From contig JAZKFH010000063.1 of the NCBI GenBank assembly GCA_040386535.1, positions 40,645 to 104,644 of the forward strand: 64,000 bases of DNA, in the 5' to 3' direction. The notes below the pieces were generated by a model, which made no database searches, was not told the DNA's origin, and saw only the letters and a list, made by a program, of their open reading frames with translations. Numbering within the stretch: position 1 is the stretch's first letter; each line of letters begins with the position of its first letter. This stretch comes from Myxococcota bacterium (lineage in GTDB: Bacteria; Myxococcota_A; UBA796; SXON01). The position numbers and the translations under genes are program-made. Positions 20,103 to 29,727 of the stretch are shown here, in pieces.

Positions 20103-21542
20103 CTAGAACTGGCTCCAGAGGAACTGGTTCGTCACCTCGTGGTGGAACTGCACCTCCGCCGGCTTGACCAACGTACCGAGCGCCTTCGGGCACCGCTCCG
20201 CCTGGGCCAGCTTGAGCTCCGCGTACCGCTCGGCCGCGTTCTCCCCAATCAACTCGGGAACGTAACGGCTCGCCTTGAACACCCGGAGCGCGTCCTGGAT
20301 GTTGGAGGGGAGGAAGCGCGTGCGCTCGCGGCGGTTGTCGTCACCCTTGCCGACCGGGCCTTCGAGGCCGGTGCGGAGGAGGGTGTAGATGACCATGTAC
20401 GGGTTGGTGTCCGGTGCGACCGAGCGCACCTCGACGCGGGTGCTCCGCTCGTTGCCGAAGGGGATGCGCACCATGGCGCCGCGGTTGTTGGCCGAGGCCT
20501 TGATTTGGTTGGGCGCCTCGAAGTGCGGATCCAGGCGACGGTAGGCGTTGACGCTCGGGTTGAGGATGAGGCACAGGTCGTTCGCGTTGTTGAGGATGCG
20601 ATCGACGAAGTCCCAACCCAGGGCGGAGAGGTTGTCCTTTCCGTCCTTGTCCCAGAACAGGTTCTTGCCGCCGCGCGAGATCGACATGTTGGTGTGCATG
20701 CCGCTGCCGTTGATGCCCGCGACCGGCTTGGGGAGGAAGCTGGCGGTGCAGTCGTGCTGGGCGGCCACCTGGCGACAGAGCAGCTTGTACAGCTGGATCT
20801 GATCGGACGCGATGAGCGCGTCGGTGTAGGTGTAGTTCATCTCGAATTGGGAGGGGGCCACCTCCGGGTGGTCCTTCTCGTTCTGGAAACCCATCGCGCG
20901 CTGCACCTCGGCGGCCGCGTCGATGAACTTGCGGAGGGGATCGCCGGGGAGGGAGTGGTAGTAGCCGCCCGTGGAGAGGAACTCGAACTTGCCGGTCTCG
21001 TGGTAGCGACGCTCGGCGTCCTTGCCCTTGAAGAGGAAGCCCTCGACCTCGTTCGCGGCATGACACACCGTGCCGTCCTTGGCGTACATGGCATCGGTGT
21101 AACGGCGGAGCTGGGCGCGCATGTCGGCGGCGTACGGCGTGCCGTCACGGCCCAACACCTCACCGAACACGAGGACCTTGCCGGGGCCGAACACGTCGGA
21201 GGGGAGCCAATAGAACGACGCCCAATCGATCTCGAGGCGCAGATCGCTCTCGTGCTGGGCGGAAAAGCCGCGGATCGACGATCCGTCGAACGTGAGGTTG
21301 TCGGCCGACTTGAGCAGGAACTTCTTGTCGTAGTCGAGCATGTGCAGCCGGCCTTCGAGGTCGGTGAAACACACGGTGACGGCCTTGATCCGCTTCTCGT
21401 CGGTGAGATAACGAACACGCGCCTCGCGCACCTTGTCGGCGGGGACACGATCCGTGCGGTCCTTCTTCGCCGCGAGGTTCATCTCCTCGAGCTTGTCGTA
21501 CGGGATCTCGAGGAAATCGCGGAGGGGGGAGGACTCGGGCAT
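20103..21542 (-). CDS. glnA: Glutamine synthetase (type I family)
   Basis: FDGSSIRGF...ESDL, HPEVAPSQFE, FLPKP..GINGSGMH, NAYRRL.PHFEAP, NRGAMVRIP, RVEVRS; AGGAG RBS. Confidence 0.93.
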   Translation of the reverse strand: MPESSPLRDFLEIPYDKLEEMNLAAKKDRTDRVPADKVREARVRYLTDEKRIKAVTVCFTDLEGRLHMLDYDKKFLLKSADNLTFDGSSIRGFSAQHESDLRLEIDWASFYWLPSDVFGPGKVLVFGEVLGRDGTPYAADMRAQLRRYTDAMYAKDGTVCHAANEVEGFLFKGKDAERRYHETGKFEFLSTGGYYHSLPGDPLRKFIDAAAEVQRAMGFQNEKDHPEVAPSQFEMNYTYTDALIASDQIQLYKLLCRQVAAQHDCTASFLPKPVAGINGSGMHTNMSISRGGKNLFWDKDGKDNLSALGWDFVDRILNNANDLCLILNPSVNAYRRLDPHFEAPNQIKASANNRGAMVRIPFGNERSTRVEVRSVAPDTNPYMVIYTLLRTGLEGPVGKGDDNRRERTRFLPSNIQDALRVFKASRYVPELIGENAAERYAELKLAQAERCPKALGTLVKPAEVQFHHEVTNQFLWSQF

Positions 21543-21623
21543 TGGGGGCTCCTGAAGACGCGCCCCTCTTAGATGCTGGCCGGGTCCCTGTCGAGGGTGG
21601 CGGGAGCTACACATGAAGATTTT

Positions 21624-21651
21624 TAGGCTTGTCGTTGAAGCGACAAGCCTA
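21624..21651. promoter_or_regulatory. Perfect 11-bp inverted repeat in the divergent glnA/copC intergenic region
   Basis: taggcttgtcg-ttgaag-cgacaagccta. Confidence 0.5.
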
Positions 21652-21699
21652 CGGGAGCGCGGAGATGGCGCTCGGTGGGCGGGTGCTTACGTGTTCTCC

Positions 21700-22044
21700 A
21701 TGTTGCCCGCCGCGCTCTTCGCCGCGTCGATGTCCTCCTGGGTGGTCCCTCCCGCCGCCGCCCACGCGCGCCTGGTCGAGAGTGTGCCGGCCGAGGGCGC
21801 GGTGCTCGCCACGCCCCCGGCGACGCTGGTGTTCCGCTTCGACGGCGCGGTGGAGCCGGCCCTGACCCGGGTGGTGCTGCATGGGCCCACGGACGTCGTG
21901 CTCCCGCCGCTCCGGGGCGACGATCCGCGCCGGGTGGTGGTGACCGCGCCGACGGGCCGCCCCGGCGACTGGTGGGTCACGTGGCGGGTGGTGTCGCGGG
22001 ACGGCCATCCGGTCACGGGCGAGCTCCGCTTCGTCGTGCGGTAG
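21700..22044 (+). CDS. copC: Copper resistance protein CopC
   Basis: Signal peptide ending AAA-H (N-terminal His), LVES.P..GA, WRVVSRDGHPV.G...F.V. Confidence 0.88.
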   Translation: MLPAALFAASMSSWVVPPAAAHARLVESVPAEGAVLATPPATLVFRFDGAVEPALTRVVLHGPTDVVLPPLRGDDPRRVVVTAPTGRPGDWWVTWRVVSRDGHPVTGELRFVVR

Positions 22045-22046
22045 GG

Positions 22047-22835
22047 GTGGAGCACCTCCTCGACGGCGCGCTGGCGCACGCGGCGGCGGTCTTCGGGCTC
22101 GCGCTGGGGACGGCGCGGGAGACGTGGCGGGCGGCGACGGGCGCGGAGCCTGGGGAGGGAGGGGGGCTGCGGCGCCTCGCACCCGCGCTGCTCGGGGTGG
22201 CGGTGGGGCTCCATCTGATCGTGGGAATCGTGGTGGTGGACAAGCCATTCGTGGCAGCGGTCACGACGCTGCTGCGCGACACCTTCTACGGGGCGAGCCT
22301 GGGCGTGTTCGCGGCGGCGTCGCTGGGGACGGTGACGCTGCGCGGCCGGTGGCGGGGGCTCGCGGCCCTCGGGGCGGCGTGGGGGCTGGCGCGGCTGGGA
22401 CACGCCGCGTCAGCGGGCACCTGGAGCGCCGCGATGGTGTGGACGACGCTGCACATCGTGGCGGCGGTGGTGTGGTTGGGCGGGCTCGGGATGGCGGTCT
22501 GGGGAGGGGCGCGGGACGTGCGGCGCTTCGGGAGGGTCGCGCTCGGGTGTGTGGGGGTGTTGGGAATCACGGGCGGGCTGCGGACGGCGCAGCTCGTGGG
22601 GGCGGGGTGGGATCGGCTCGGGGACGGGCCGGAAGGCGTGACGTGGATCGCCGCGCTGCTGATGAAGGGGGGCGTGGTGGGGGTCGCGCTGGTGTGCGCG
22701 TGGCGGGCGCGGCGGGCGCTGCGGACCGACGGCTCAGCCGCAGCGGTCACGGCGGCGGCGGTCACGGGCGAGCTCTACGCGGTGGGGATCGTCGTGATCC
22801 TCGCCGCGCTGCTGGCCCGGTTGCCGACCCCCTGA
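22047..22835 (+). CDS. copD: CopD-family membrane protein
   Basis: GHAA, LHIVAAVVWLGGL, RRFG, ITG, LLMK; multiple TM helices; directly follows copC. Confidence 0.75.
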   Translation: MEHLLDGALAHAAAVFGLALGTARETWRAATGAEPGEGGGLRRLAPALLGVAVGLHLIVGIVVVDKPFVAAVTTLLRDTFYGASLGVFAAASLGTVTLRGRWRGLAALGAAWGLARLGHAASAGTWSAAMVWTTLHIVAAVVWLGGLGMAVWGGARDVRRFGRVALGCVGVLGITGGLRTAQLVGAGWDRLGDGPEGVTWIAALLMKGGVVGVALVCAWRARRALRTDGSAAAVTAAAVTGELYAVGIVVILAALLARLPTP

Positions 22836-22860
22836 AGGCATCTTGACGGTGTAAAGATCA

Positions 22861-23373
22861 TCACTCCGCGATCACCTCGGCGCCGCCCGCGGCCGCCAAC
22901 GCCGCCTCGATGCGGGGGGCCTCCTCGGGGGAGCAGCCCTCCACGACCACGAGGATGTCGGACCGCCCGGCCACCCGCCGCCACGCCGGGCGGGGCCGCT
23001 CGGGCACGAACCACCCCACCACCGCGCCGAGGAGGGCGCCCGCCATGGATCCGGCGTTGGGGCCGAGGAGCTGCGCCAGGAGCACCACGGAGGGCGGATT
23101 GCGCCCGGGGAGGATGACCACCGCGACGCCGACGGCCGCGCCCACCACCAGGCCGATCACGGCGCCCGCGCCGGCCCCGGGAAGGGTTTGCCGCCGCCCG
23201 GCCCGCGCCCGCCGTCCGTACCAGCGCCGCGCGCCCTCGGGCGAGACGACGACCTCGATGCGATCGCGGGGCACCCCGCCCAACTCCAGGTGCAGGATGG
23301 CGTCCTCCACCGCGCCCTCGCGCTCGAAGAACGCGGACACGGCCACACGGTGGGACGGTCCGAGCTCTGTCAT
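22861..23373 (-). CDS. Hypothetical membrane protein, last gene of the cbb3 operon
   Basis: Ferredoxin-like halves flanking a Gly-rich TM hairpin; its ATG overlaps the cytochrome c stop. Confidence 0.6.
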   Translation of the reverse strand: MTELGPSHRVAVSAFFEREGAVEDAILHLELGGVPRDRIEVVVSPEGARRWYGRRARAGRRQTLPGAGAGAVIGLVVGAAVGVAVVILPGRNPPSVVLLAQLLGPNAGSMAGALLGAVVGWFVPERPRPAWRRVAGRSDILVVVEGCSPEEAPRIEAALAAAGGAEVIAE

Positions 23374-24035
23374 GGCAGCGCCTCCAGCTCGGCCGCGGTC
23401 CAAGGGGTGGCGCGGGCGGCGGTCGCGGCCCGAAGCTCGGTGACGAGGGCAGGGTCGATCGGGGGAGCGTCCACGCCGGCGTTGGCGCGCTCGTGGGTAA
23501 GGACCGCGGCGATGGCGGGGTCGTCGAGCTGGTCGCGCCACGCGGGCATCACGCCGTCGTAGGGTTGGCCGGCCACGGTGATCGGCCCGGCCAGCCCGTC
23601 GAGCACGATGCGCACGAGAATGGCCGGATCGCCGGCCACCCACTCCGAGCCGACCAGCGGCGGGAAGACGCCGGCGAGCCCCTTGCCGTCGGCCTGGTGA
23701 CAGGACGCGCACCGTTGGGTGTACACGTCCGCGCCGGACGGCGGCGGCGCGGGCGCTCCAGGCACGGCCGCGGCCGGCGGACCGCCGCCACCGCCGCCCC
23801 CCTCCTCGGTCGGCGAGTACCCGAGGTGCGGCCGGGTGTCGAACGTGCCCCCATGCCGCCCCAGGTAGAACCCGCCCCAGAACAGGGCAATGGCGACGGT
23901 TGCCCACAACCACCAGGGCGGGGGCTCGCGCCCCTCGATGGGCTCGGGTGGCTCCCGTTGGACCGGGCGGTGGAGCTCCTCGACCTCGACCCCGAGCTCG
24001 ACCGGACCGGTGTCGTCGGGCGGCTCAACCGCCAT
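23370..24035 (-). CDS. Membrane-anchored monoheme cytochrome c (CcoP-like position)
   Basis: EPPPWW plus TM helix, CASCH, FPPL.GSEWV, MPAW. Confidence 0.88.
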   Translation of the reverse strand: MAVEPPDDTGPVELGVEVEELHRPVQREPPEPIEGREPPPWWLWATVAIALFWGGFYLGRHGGTFDTRPHLGYSPTEEGGGGGGGPPAAAVPGAPAPPPSGADVYTQRCASCHQADGKGLAGVFPPLVGSEWVAGDPAILVRIVLDGLAGPITVAGQPYDGVMPAWRDQLDDPAIAAVLTHERANAGVDAPPIDPALVTELRAATAARATPWTAAELEALP

Positions 24036-24624
24036 CGCCGCCCCCCTCGGTGGGAAGAGGCGCCGTGTGGTCGAGCGCCAACAGGTAGTCGACCAACGCG
24101 CTCGCCTCGGGCCCGGCCACGACCACCCCGGTCGCGGGCGCCCACTGCGGGGGAACGGCCACCACCTCGTCGTCCGGGCCCGCCTCGTCCTTCACCTGGA
24201 ACAGGTAGGGGAACGGCGGCATGATCGACCAGGGCACGACCGCGCGGGGTTGGTAGAGGTGGAGCAGGTGCCAGCGGCGATCGGGCAGGCGCGCGCCCAC
24301 GTTGTGTAGATCGGGGCCGGTGCGCATCGTGCCGAGCTGGTGGGGGCTGTCGTAGACGTAGTCGCCGGGGACGCTCGGGCGGCCCCAGCCCCGATTTGCA
24401 TCCGTCGTGACCGTGGCGTCTCTCACCTGTTGGCTGTGACAGTACACACACCCCTCCCGGATGTAGATCCGTCGACCGAACGCCTCCTCGGGGGTGTAGT
24501 CGTCGACGCCCGGGCTCGGCTCGACCCGCGCGAGCAGCGTGCCCGGCACGACCACCAACACCATCGCCGCGAAGCACATGATCGCCACGGCGCCGAGCAG
24601 GAGGAACCACACCCGGGCGTTCAT
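24025..24624 (-). CDS. ccoO: cbb3-type cytochrome c oxidase subunit II
   Basis: GRRIYIREGCVYCHSQQVR...GTMRTGPDL...HLYQPR...SIMP. Confidence 0.92.
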   Translation of the reverse strand: MNARVWFLLLGAVAIMCFAAMVLVVVPGTLLARVEPSPGVDDYTPEEAFGRRIYIREGCVYCHSQQVRDATVTTDANRGWGRPSVPGDYVYDSPHQLGTMRTGPDLHNVGARLPDRRWHLLHLYQPRAVVPWSIMPPFPYLFQVKDEAGPDDEVVAVPPQWAPATGVVVAGPEASALVDYLLALDHTAPLPTEGGGDGG

Positions 24625-26045
24625 CCAGGCTCCTCGAAGATGCGCGGCTGGGCTTCGTGCCACGGCGGAAGGCGACGCTCGGCCGACGGGGGGCGCGCGA
24701 GCATGCGGGCTACATGCCAGGCGAACACGAGGTGCCCCGCGGTGAGGAGGAACCCGGCGCCGGTGCGCACGGCGAGCCACGGAAGAGTGACGGTGACGGA
24801 GTCCTGGAACGGGCGCCCCGGGTCGAGCAGGACCATCCCTTGCTGGACGCCGCCGATGATGAGCGCCAGGACGTAGGCGCCGATGCCGACCAGGCACGAC
24901 CAGAAGTGCCACCGGATGAGGCGGGCGCTCGGCCACTCCCGGCCGACGAGGCGGGGGAGGATGTAATAGATGGAACCAAACAACGTGAACGTCACGAACG
25001 CGTAGACGCCCACGTGCGAGTGGGCGATGGTCCACTGCGTGAAGTGGGTGACACGGTTCACCTCGACGAACGCGGTGAAGATCCCCTGGAGCGACACGGC
25101 GGTGTAGGCGATCGCGCCGAGCACGACGAAGCGCAGGGTGGGGGAGTAGCGCAGCGCGCCGAAGCGCCCGGCCATGGTCATGTGGTGGTTCACCGCCACG
25201 GCACCCACGGGGATGATCATCATCCCGCTCGCGACGATCGAGGTGGTGAGCATCCACGTCGGCATGGGCCCGGCGATGAGGTGGTGCATGCCGTTGAGGG
25301 AGTAGAACAACGCCAGCGACCAGAAGCCCAACAACGAGAGCTGGTACGAGTGGATCGGCCGCCCGAGCACCTTGGGCAGCAGGTAGTAGATGGCGCCGAG
25401 GTTGATCGCGGTGAGCCAGAAGCCGAGCGCGTTGTGCGCGTAGAACCAATTCACGGCGGCCGACTCGACGCCCCGGTAGCCGCCGAAGTTCCCGATGACG
25501 AAGATGATGGGAAACCAGACGAACGCGCCGGCGGTGTACCAGACGGACACGTACAGGTGCTCCACCTTCGCGCCGATCAACGTCCGCAGGAGCGCGCCGC
25601 CGACCATGCCCCCCCCGATGAGCAGCCAGGGATCGGCGAAGCGGCGATCGAGCTCGAGCCATTCGAGCCCGTCCGTGGCGCCCGCGAGCAGCGCCGGAAT
25701 CCCGGAGAGCAGGCCGAAGTTCCACAACAAGGCGCCGGCGAGCGCGAGGCCGGGCCATTGGAGCGGGCGGCGCACCAGGCGAGGGACGAGCCAACACGAC
25801 ACACCCAACATGGCGAGCGACGCCCAGCCGTAGATCATGGCGTTCAGGTGCGCGGTTCGCAAGCGGCCGAACGTGGTGGCGCCCCAGGTGCCGAGCCAGT
25901 CGGGGAATTGGAACTTCAAGCTGGCGAGATCACCCAACATCGAGCCGGCCAGCAGCCAGAAGATCGCCGTGACGAAGCAGAAGAGCGCGGGATCCCGCCC
26001 GGCGAGGTCGAGCGCGCGCCGCTCGTCCGGGGGTGTGTCACTCAC
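24621..26045 (-). CDS. ccoN: cbb3-type cytochrome c oxidase subunit I
   Basis: TFGRLRTAHLN, LYVSVWY, NWFYAHNALG, YSLNGMHHL, HFTQWTIAHSH. Confidence 0.92.
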   Translation of the reverse strand: MSDTPPDERRALDLAGRDPALFCFVTAIFWLLAGSMLGDLASLKFQFPDWLGTWGATTFGRLRTAHLNAMIYGWASLAMLGVSCWLVPRLVRRPLQWPGLALAGALLWNFGLLSGIPALLAGATDGLEWLELDRRFADPWLLIGGGMVGGALLRTLIGAKVEHLYVSVWYTAGAFVWFPIIFVIGNFGGYRGVESAAVNWFYAHNALGFWLTAINLGAIYYLLPKVLGRPIHSYQLSLLGFWSLALFYSLNGMHHLIAGPMPTWMLTTSIVASGMMIIPVGAVAVNHHMTMAGRFGALRYSPTLRFVVLGAIAYTAVSLQGIFTAFVEVNRVTHFTQWTIAHSHVGVYAFVTFTLFGSIYYILPRLVGREWPSARLIRWHFWSCLVGIGAYVLALIIGGVQQGMVLLDPGRPFQDSVTVTLPWLAVRTGAGFLLTAGHLVFAWHVARMLARPPSAERRLPPWHEAQPRIFEEPG

Positions 26046-26287
26046 GAGCCCCCCCACTCCCCCGGCGCCGGCGGTACGGGCGGACCAAACGTGTCGACCC
26101 GATCCTTGGCTTGCTCCGTGGTCTCCCACGGGCGTGTCACGCGCTGGTCCTGGTCGTCGAAGGGCAGCGACGCGCTGGTGTCGTCCAGTTCGAATTGGCC
26201 CCTGCGCCATGCCCACGCGAACGCCAGGAGCGTGCAGCCGAGGCCGATGAGGGTGAAGCCGACGATGGCGAGCGACGAAGCGAACAT
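26042..26287 (-). CDS. ccoS: CcoS-like maturation protein, copy 1
   Basis: Short TM segment then WAWRRGQFE.D....LPFD. Confidence 0.75.
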   Translation of the reverse strand: MFASSLAIVGFTLIGLGCTLLAFAWAWRRGQFELDDTSASLPFDDQDQRVTRPWETTEQAKDRVDTFGPPVPPAPGEWGGS

Positions 26288-26325
26288 GGAGAACCTCGGG
26301 TGACGGCCGACAGCTGGCTGCTCAC

Positions 26326-26487
26326 TCAGGGCTTGGGCGCCGCGTCGCCCCGTTCGAACGGCAGGACCACGCCCCCTTCTTCCTCCAGATCGAATTGCCC
26401 GACGTGCCACGTCCAGATCAACGTGGCGAGCGCGGCCGCGAGCGCGGCGACGGTGAGGACGATGACAGCGATTGACGAAGCGAACAC
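26326..26487 (-). CDS. CcoS-like maturation protein, copy 2
   Basis: GTG-FASS, TM segment, WTWHVGQFD.EE...LPFE; paralogous to the neighbouring gene. Confidence 0.65.
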   Translation of the reverse strand: MFASSIAVIVLTVAALAAALATLIWTWHVGQFDLEEEGGVVLPFERGDAAPKP

Positions 26488-26593
26488 GGGAGCCCCCGTT
26501 GGTTGCCCCGAGAGGGTGGCACCCAGGGGGTCGAGGGCAAGCGAGGGCTCCGGTGGCGTCGCCCGCTGGACCCGCGCTCGGGACCCGCCGCGC

Positions 26594-27853
26594 CTACCCG
26601 GCGTATCGCTCGGCGGCTTCGATCCCGAGGCCGTACCCGATGGACGTGAACACGTCACGACTCACGACGCGGCCGGCGAAGCGCTCCTCGAACATGCGCT
26701 GGACGCGGAGGGTGCGGGAGGTGCCGCCGGTGAGGAACACGACATCGATGTCGTCCGGGCGGAGCGACAGGCGGCCGAGCAGCCCGTCGAGCACCTTCTC
26801 GAGCTCGCGGATGTCGAGCGCGAGCGCGGCGTCGAGCTCGTCCCGGGACATCGGCGCGTCGAGCTCGATGGAGCCGGCGTGGAAGGAGAGGACGGTGTCG
26901 AGCTGCTCGGACAGCGCCACCTTGGTGGACTCGACGGCGCGGAACAGGTGGAACCCGTGATCGTCCACCACCATCTCCTGCAGGCGCGCGAGGGCGGGCT
27001 TGTCGTCCCCGAAGCGGAGCATGCGCTCGAGGAGCCGCAGGTTCTTGTCGGTCTTGGCGTGGCAGAGCGAATGCCAGCGCGTGACGGCGTGGTGCAGCGT
27101 GGTCGGCACCTCGACCCAGCGGTCCTCCAGCTTGTACTTGGCGAACAGGCCGAGGTAGGGCGCCACCTTCTTGTAGACGATGCGCGCGTCGAAGTCGTTG
27201 CCCGCGATGTCGATGCCGGCGACGCCGAGCACGTCCTTGCTGCGATCGGTCCCGATGCGGCCGGGGCCGAGGCGGATGACGGTAAAATCGCTCGTGCCGC
27301 CGCCGAGGTCACCGACCAGGCACAACACGTCGCGATCGAGGGAGCGTTCGAACGAGCGCGCCGCCGCGACGGGCTCGACCTGGAACCCGATCTCCTGGAA
27401 GCCGGCGCGGCGCGCCGCGGTCCACAACCGGTCCTGCGCGAGCTTGTCGCGGTCGGGTGTGGTGCCGAACTGGGCGGGCCGGCCGAGGATCACGCGCGTG
27501 ACGTTCTCGCCCGCCTCCTCGTCGACCCGGCGCTTGCAGGCCGCGAGGAACCCGCCGATGAGGGCCTCGATGCCCATCACCGTGTTGCCGACCAGCGTGC
27601 CCTCGAACCCGGAAGAGGGGAGGTAGCGCTTGATCGCCTGGATGAGGCGGCCGGTGCGCTCGTCCGCCAGCCATGCGTCGACCGCGCCGGCGCCGTACAC
27701 CGCGGGCCCGTCGGGCGGGAAGTAGAGGAGGGTCGGCATGCGCTCGGGCTCGGGCGACGAAGGATCGATCGCGAGCTGGCGCACCTCGCCGTTCTGGCAC
27801 AGGGCGACCGTGGTGTTCGAGGTGCCGAAGTCGATTGCGCACGAAGCGGGCAT
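26594..27853 (-). CDS. Hsp70-family ATPase (YegD-like, no substrate-binding domain)
   Basis: IDFGTSNT, EPVAAA, DLGGGTSDF, AGNDFD, FLTGGTS. Confidence 0.9.
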   Translation of the reverse strand: MPASCAIDFGTSNTTVALCQNGEVRQLAIDPSSPEPERMPTLLYFPPDGPAVYGAGAVDAWLADERTGRLIQAIKRYLPSSGFEGTLVGNTVMGIEALIGGFLAACKRRVDEEAGENVTRVILGRPAQFGTTPDRDKLAQDRLWTAARRAGFQEIGFQVEPVAAARSFERSLDRDVLCLVGDLGGGTSDFTVIRLGPGRIGTDRSKDVLGVAGIDIAGNDFDARIVYKKVAPYLGLFAKYKLEDRWVEVPTTLHHAVTRWHSLCHAKTDKNLRLLERMLRFGDDKPALARLQEMVVDDHGFHLFRAVESTKVALSEQLDTVLSFHAGSIELDAPMSRDELDAALALDIRELEKVLDGLLGRLSLRPDDIDVVFLTGGTSRTLRVQRMFEERFAGRVVSRDVFTSIGYGLGIEAAERYAG

Positions 27854-27960
27854 GGGGCCGCGGTTCTAACCGACCGACACCGGCCGGGCACGCCCGGCGA
27901 CGAACCATCCGCCGCGTGCCGGGCCCACAGCCGCGCGGGGAGGGCGATAGCAGGCGCGAG

Positions 27961-29724
27961 ATGGAACGTCTGCGCCGCGTTTTGCCCTCCCTCGTCGCCG
28001 GGCTGCTCGCGCTCGTGTTCACGTACGTCGTGTTCGGGAAGGGCATGTGGGAGGGAACCACCCGCTTTCTCGGTCGGGAATACGTCGATGCGTGGGGCAC
28101 CCAGTGGTTCTACTGGTTCGTCGGACGACAGGTCGGCGCCATGGAGAGCCTGGGCCGCTCGGACCTGTTCTTCTACCCGTGGGGGAAGGACATCTACCTC
28201 CACACCGGCGGAAACGTGCTCGACGGGCTCCTGGCCTGGCCGATCCGCTGGCTGGTCGGCCCCGTCGCCGGGTACAACCTGTTCGTCCTCGGGATCGTAG
28301 CCACGAACCTGCTTGCGATGCGCGCCTTGCTGGTCCGCCTCGGCGCGAAGGCCGCGCCCGCAACCCTCGCCGCGGTGTTCTTCGCCTTCAACCCGTGGGT
28401 GCTCCACGAGCTCCGCGACGGGCGGCCCACCCAGGCGCTCCTCGGGTTCGTGCTGCTCTTCTTCGCGGACTACCTCTCCCTGGACAAGGACCGCCGGGTG
28501 TGGCTCCCGGCGCGCGCGGGGCTGTGGTTGGCCCTGGCGGGCCTGACCTATTGGTACAACGCGCTCTTCGCGGGGATGGCGGCGGCGGTGATCGCGCTGG
28601 TCCGGGTCGCCACCGAGCCGGATCGCAAGCGCACGTTCGGCCGGCATGCCGCCGCGGGCCTCGTCGCGCTCCTCCTGGTGGGGCCCTTCGTGCTGCCCAT
28701 GCTCTCCGCCGACGCGGTGCCCGGCCTGCTCGACGTGAGCCAATGGACGCTCACCTCGTGGGCGCCCACCACCGCCGAGGGCGTGAACATCGGGCTGTAC
28801 GTGTGGGATCCGGTGTCGCTCGGCTCGGGCTTCATCGCCATCAAGAACGACGGCGGCATGGCGTTTCTGCGCGAAGAGACCAACCTGTTCGCGCCGCAGG
28901 TGATCTTCTTCGTGCTGGGCGCCCTCGCCGCGCCGCCCCGCATCCGCCGGGCCGCGCTCGTGCTCTGCGCCGTGTCGTTCGTCATCGCGACGGGCCCCGC
29001 GGTCGTCGGCATCCCCAACGTGCTCTATCTGCTGCTGGTCAAGGCCTCGTCGATCTTCCAGCGGCTGTGGTGGCCCTCCCGGGCGCTCGTGCTCGGGCAC
29101 ATCGGGCTGGCCGTGCTGCTCGGGTTCGCCTTTCACCGCGCCGGCCGCTTCGCCCCCGCCCTCGCCGTCGCGACCGGGGTGTGGTGGGTGTCCGGCCTCC
29201 GCGCGTCCGAGCTCGGACCGATGGCTTCGTGGGAGGCGGGCGTCCCCGCCGGGTACCGGTGCCTCGGCGAGTCCGACGAGGGCGCCGTCATCGAGCTGCC
29301 CTACGCCCACAACCAGTCGCACCTGTACTACCAGACCCAGCACGGGCGCCCGCTCTTCGGCGGCATGGTGGAGGACAACGTGGTGTTCGCGGCCCCCGAG
29401 CAGGTCGCGTTCAAGTCGAGCAACACCTTCGTGAAGATGCTGCTCGACCAGGCGGCCACCGGGGACGACCCGCCCATCTACGTGGGCGCCGACCGGCAGG
29501 CCGTGTCCGACATGGGCTACAAGTGGGTGCTCCTCGACAAGCGCGCCTACGTCGACATCGGCGACGGCGCCGCCCGCATCGGCACCCGCCTCGAGGGCCG
29601 CGCGCGCTGGGTCCGCCGCACCCTCACGGAGCAGCTCGGGGCGCCCGTGTACGAGGACGACGCCACCGCGATCTACGCGCCGTGGGGCGACGGATCGCCG
29701 TGTGCCGACGGGGTCGGGAAGTAG
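27961..29724 (+). CDS. Multi-TM GT-C-like membrane protein, paralog A
   Basis: VDAWGTQWFYW...FFYPWG, many TM helices, WWPSR, VIELP...YQTQHGRPLFGG. Confidence 0.7.
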   Translation: MERLRRVLPSLVAGLLALVFTYVVFGKGMWEGTTRFLGREYVDAWGTQWFYWFVGRQVGAMESLGRSDLFFYPWGKDIYLHTGGNVLDGLLAWPIRWLVGPVAGYNLFVLGIVATNLLAMRALLVRLGAKAAPATLAAVFFAFNPWVLHELRDGRPTQALLGFVLLFFADYLSLDKDRRVWLPARAGLWLALAGLTYWYNALFAGMAAAVIALVRVATEPDRKRTFGRHAAAGLVALLLVGPFVLPMLSADAVPGLLDVSQWTLTSWAPTTAEGVNIGLYVWDPVSLGSGFIAIKNDGGMAFLREETNLFAPQVIFFVLGALAAPPRIRRAALVLCAVSFVIATGPAVVGIPNVLYLLLVKASSIFQRLWWPSRALVLGHIGLAVLLGFAFHRAGRFAPALAVATGVWWVSGLRASELGPMASWEAGVPAGYRCLGESDEGAVIELPYAHNQSHLYYQTQHGRPLFGGMVEDNVVFAAPEQVAFKSSNTFVKMLLDQAATGDDPPIYVGADRQAVSDMGYKWVLLDKRAYVDIGDGAARIGTRLEGRARWVRRTLTEQLGAPVYEDDATAIYAPWGDGSPCADGVGK

Positions 29725-29727
29725 CGC

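Noticed and set aside
21545..21660. glnA glutamine riboswitch
   Set aside because: I could not match the known three-way-junction consensus by eye; only a simple inverted repeat is evident.
22839..22860. FNR-like box or terminator between copD and the cbb3 operon end
   Set aside because: Imperfect inverted repeat with the wrong spacing for FNR, located at the 3' ends of convergent genes; too weak to call.
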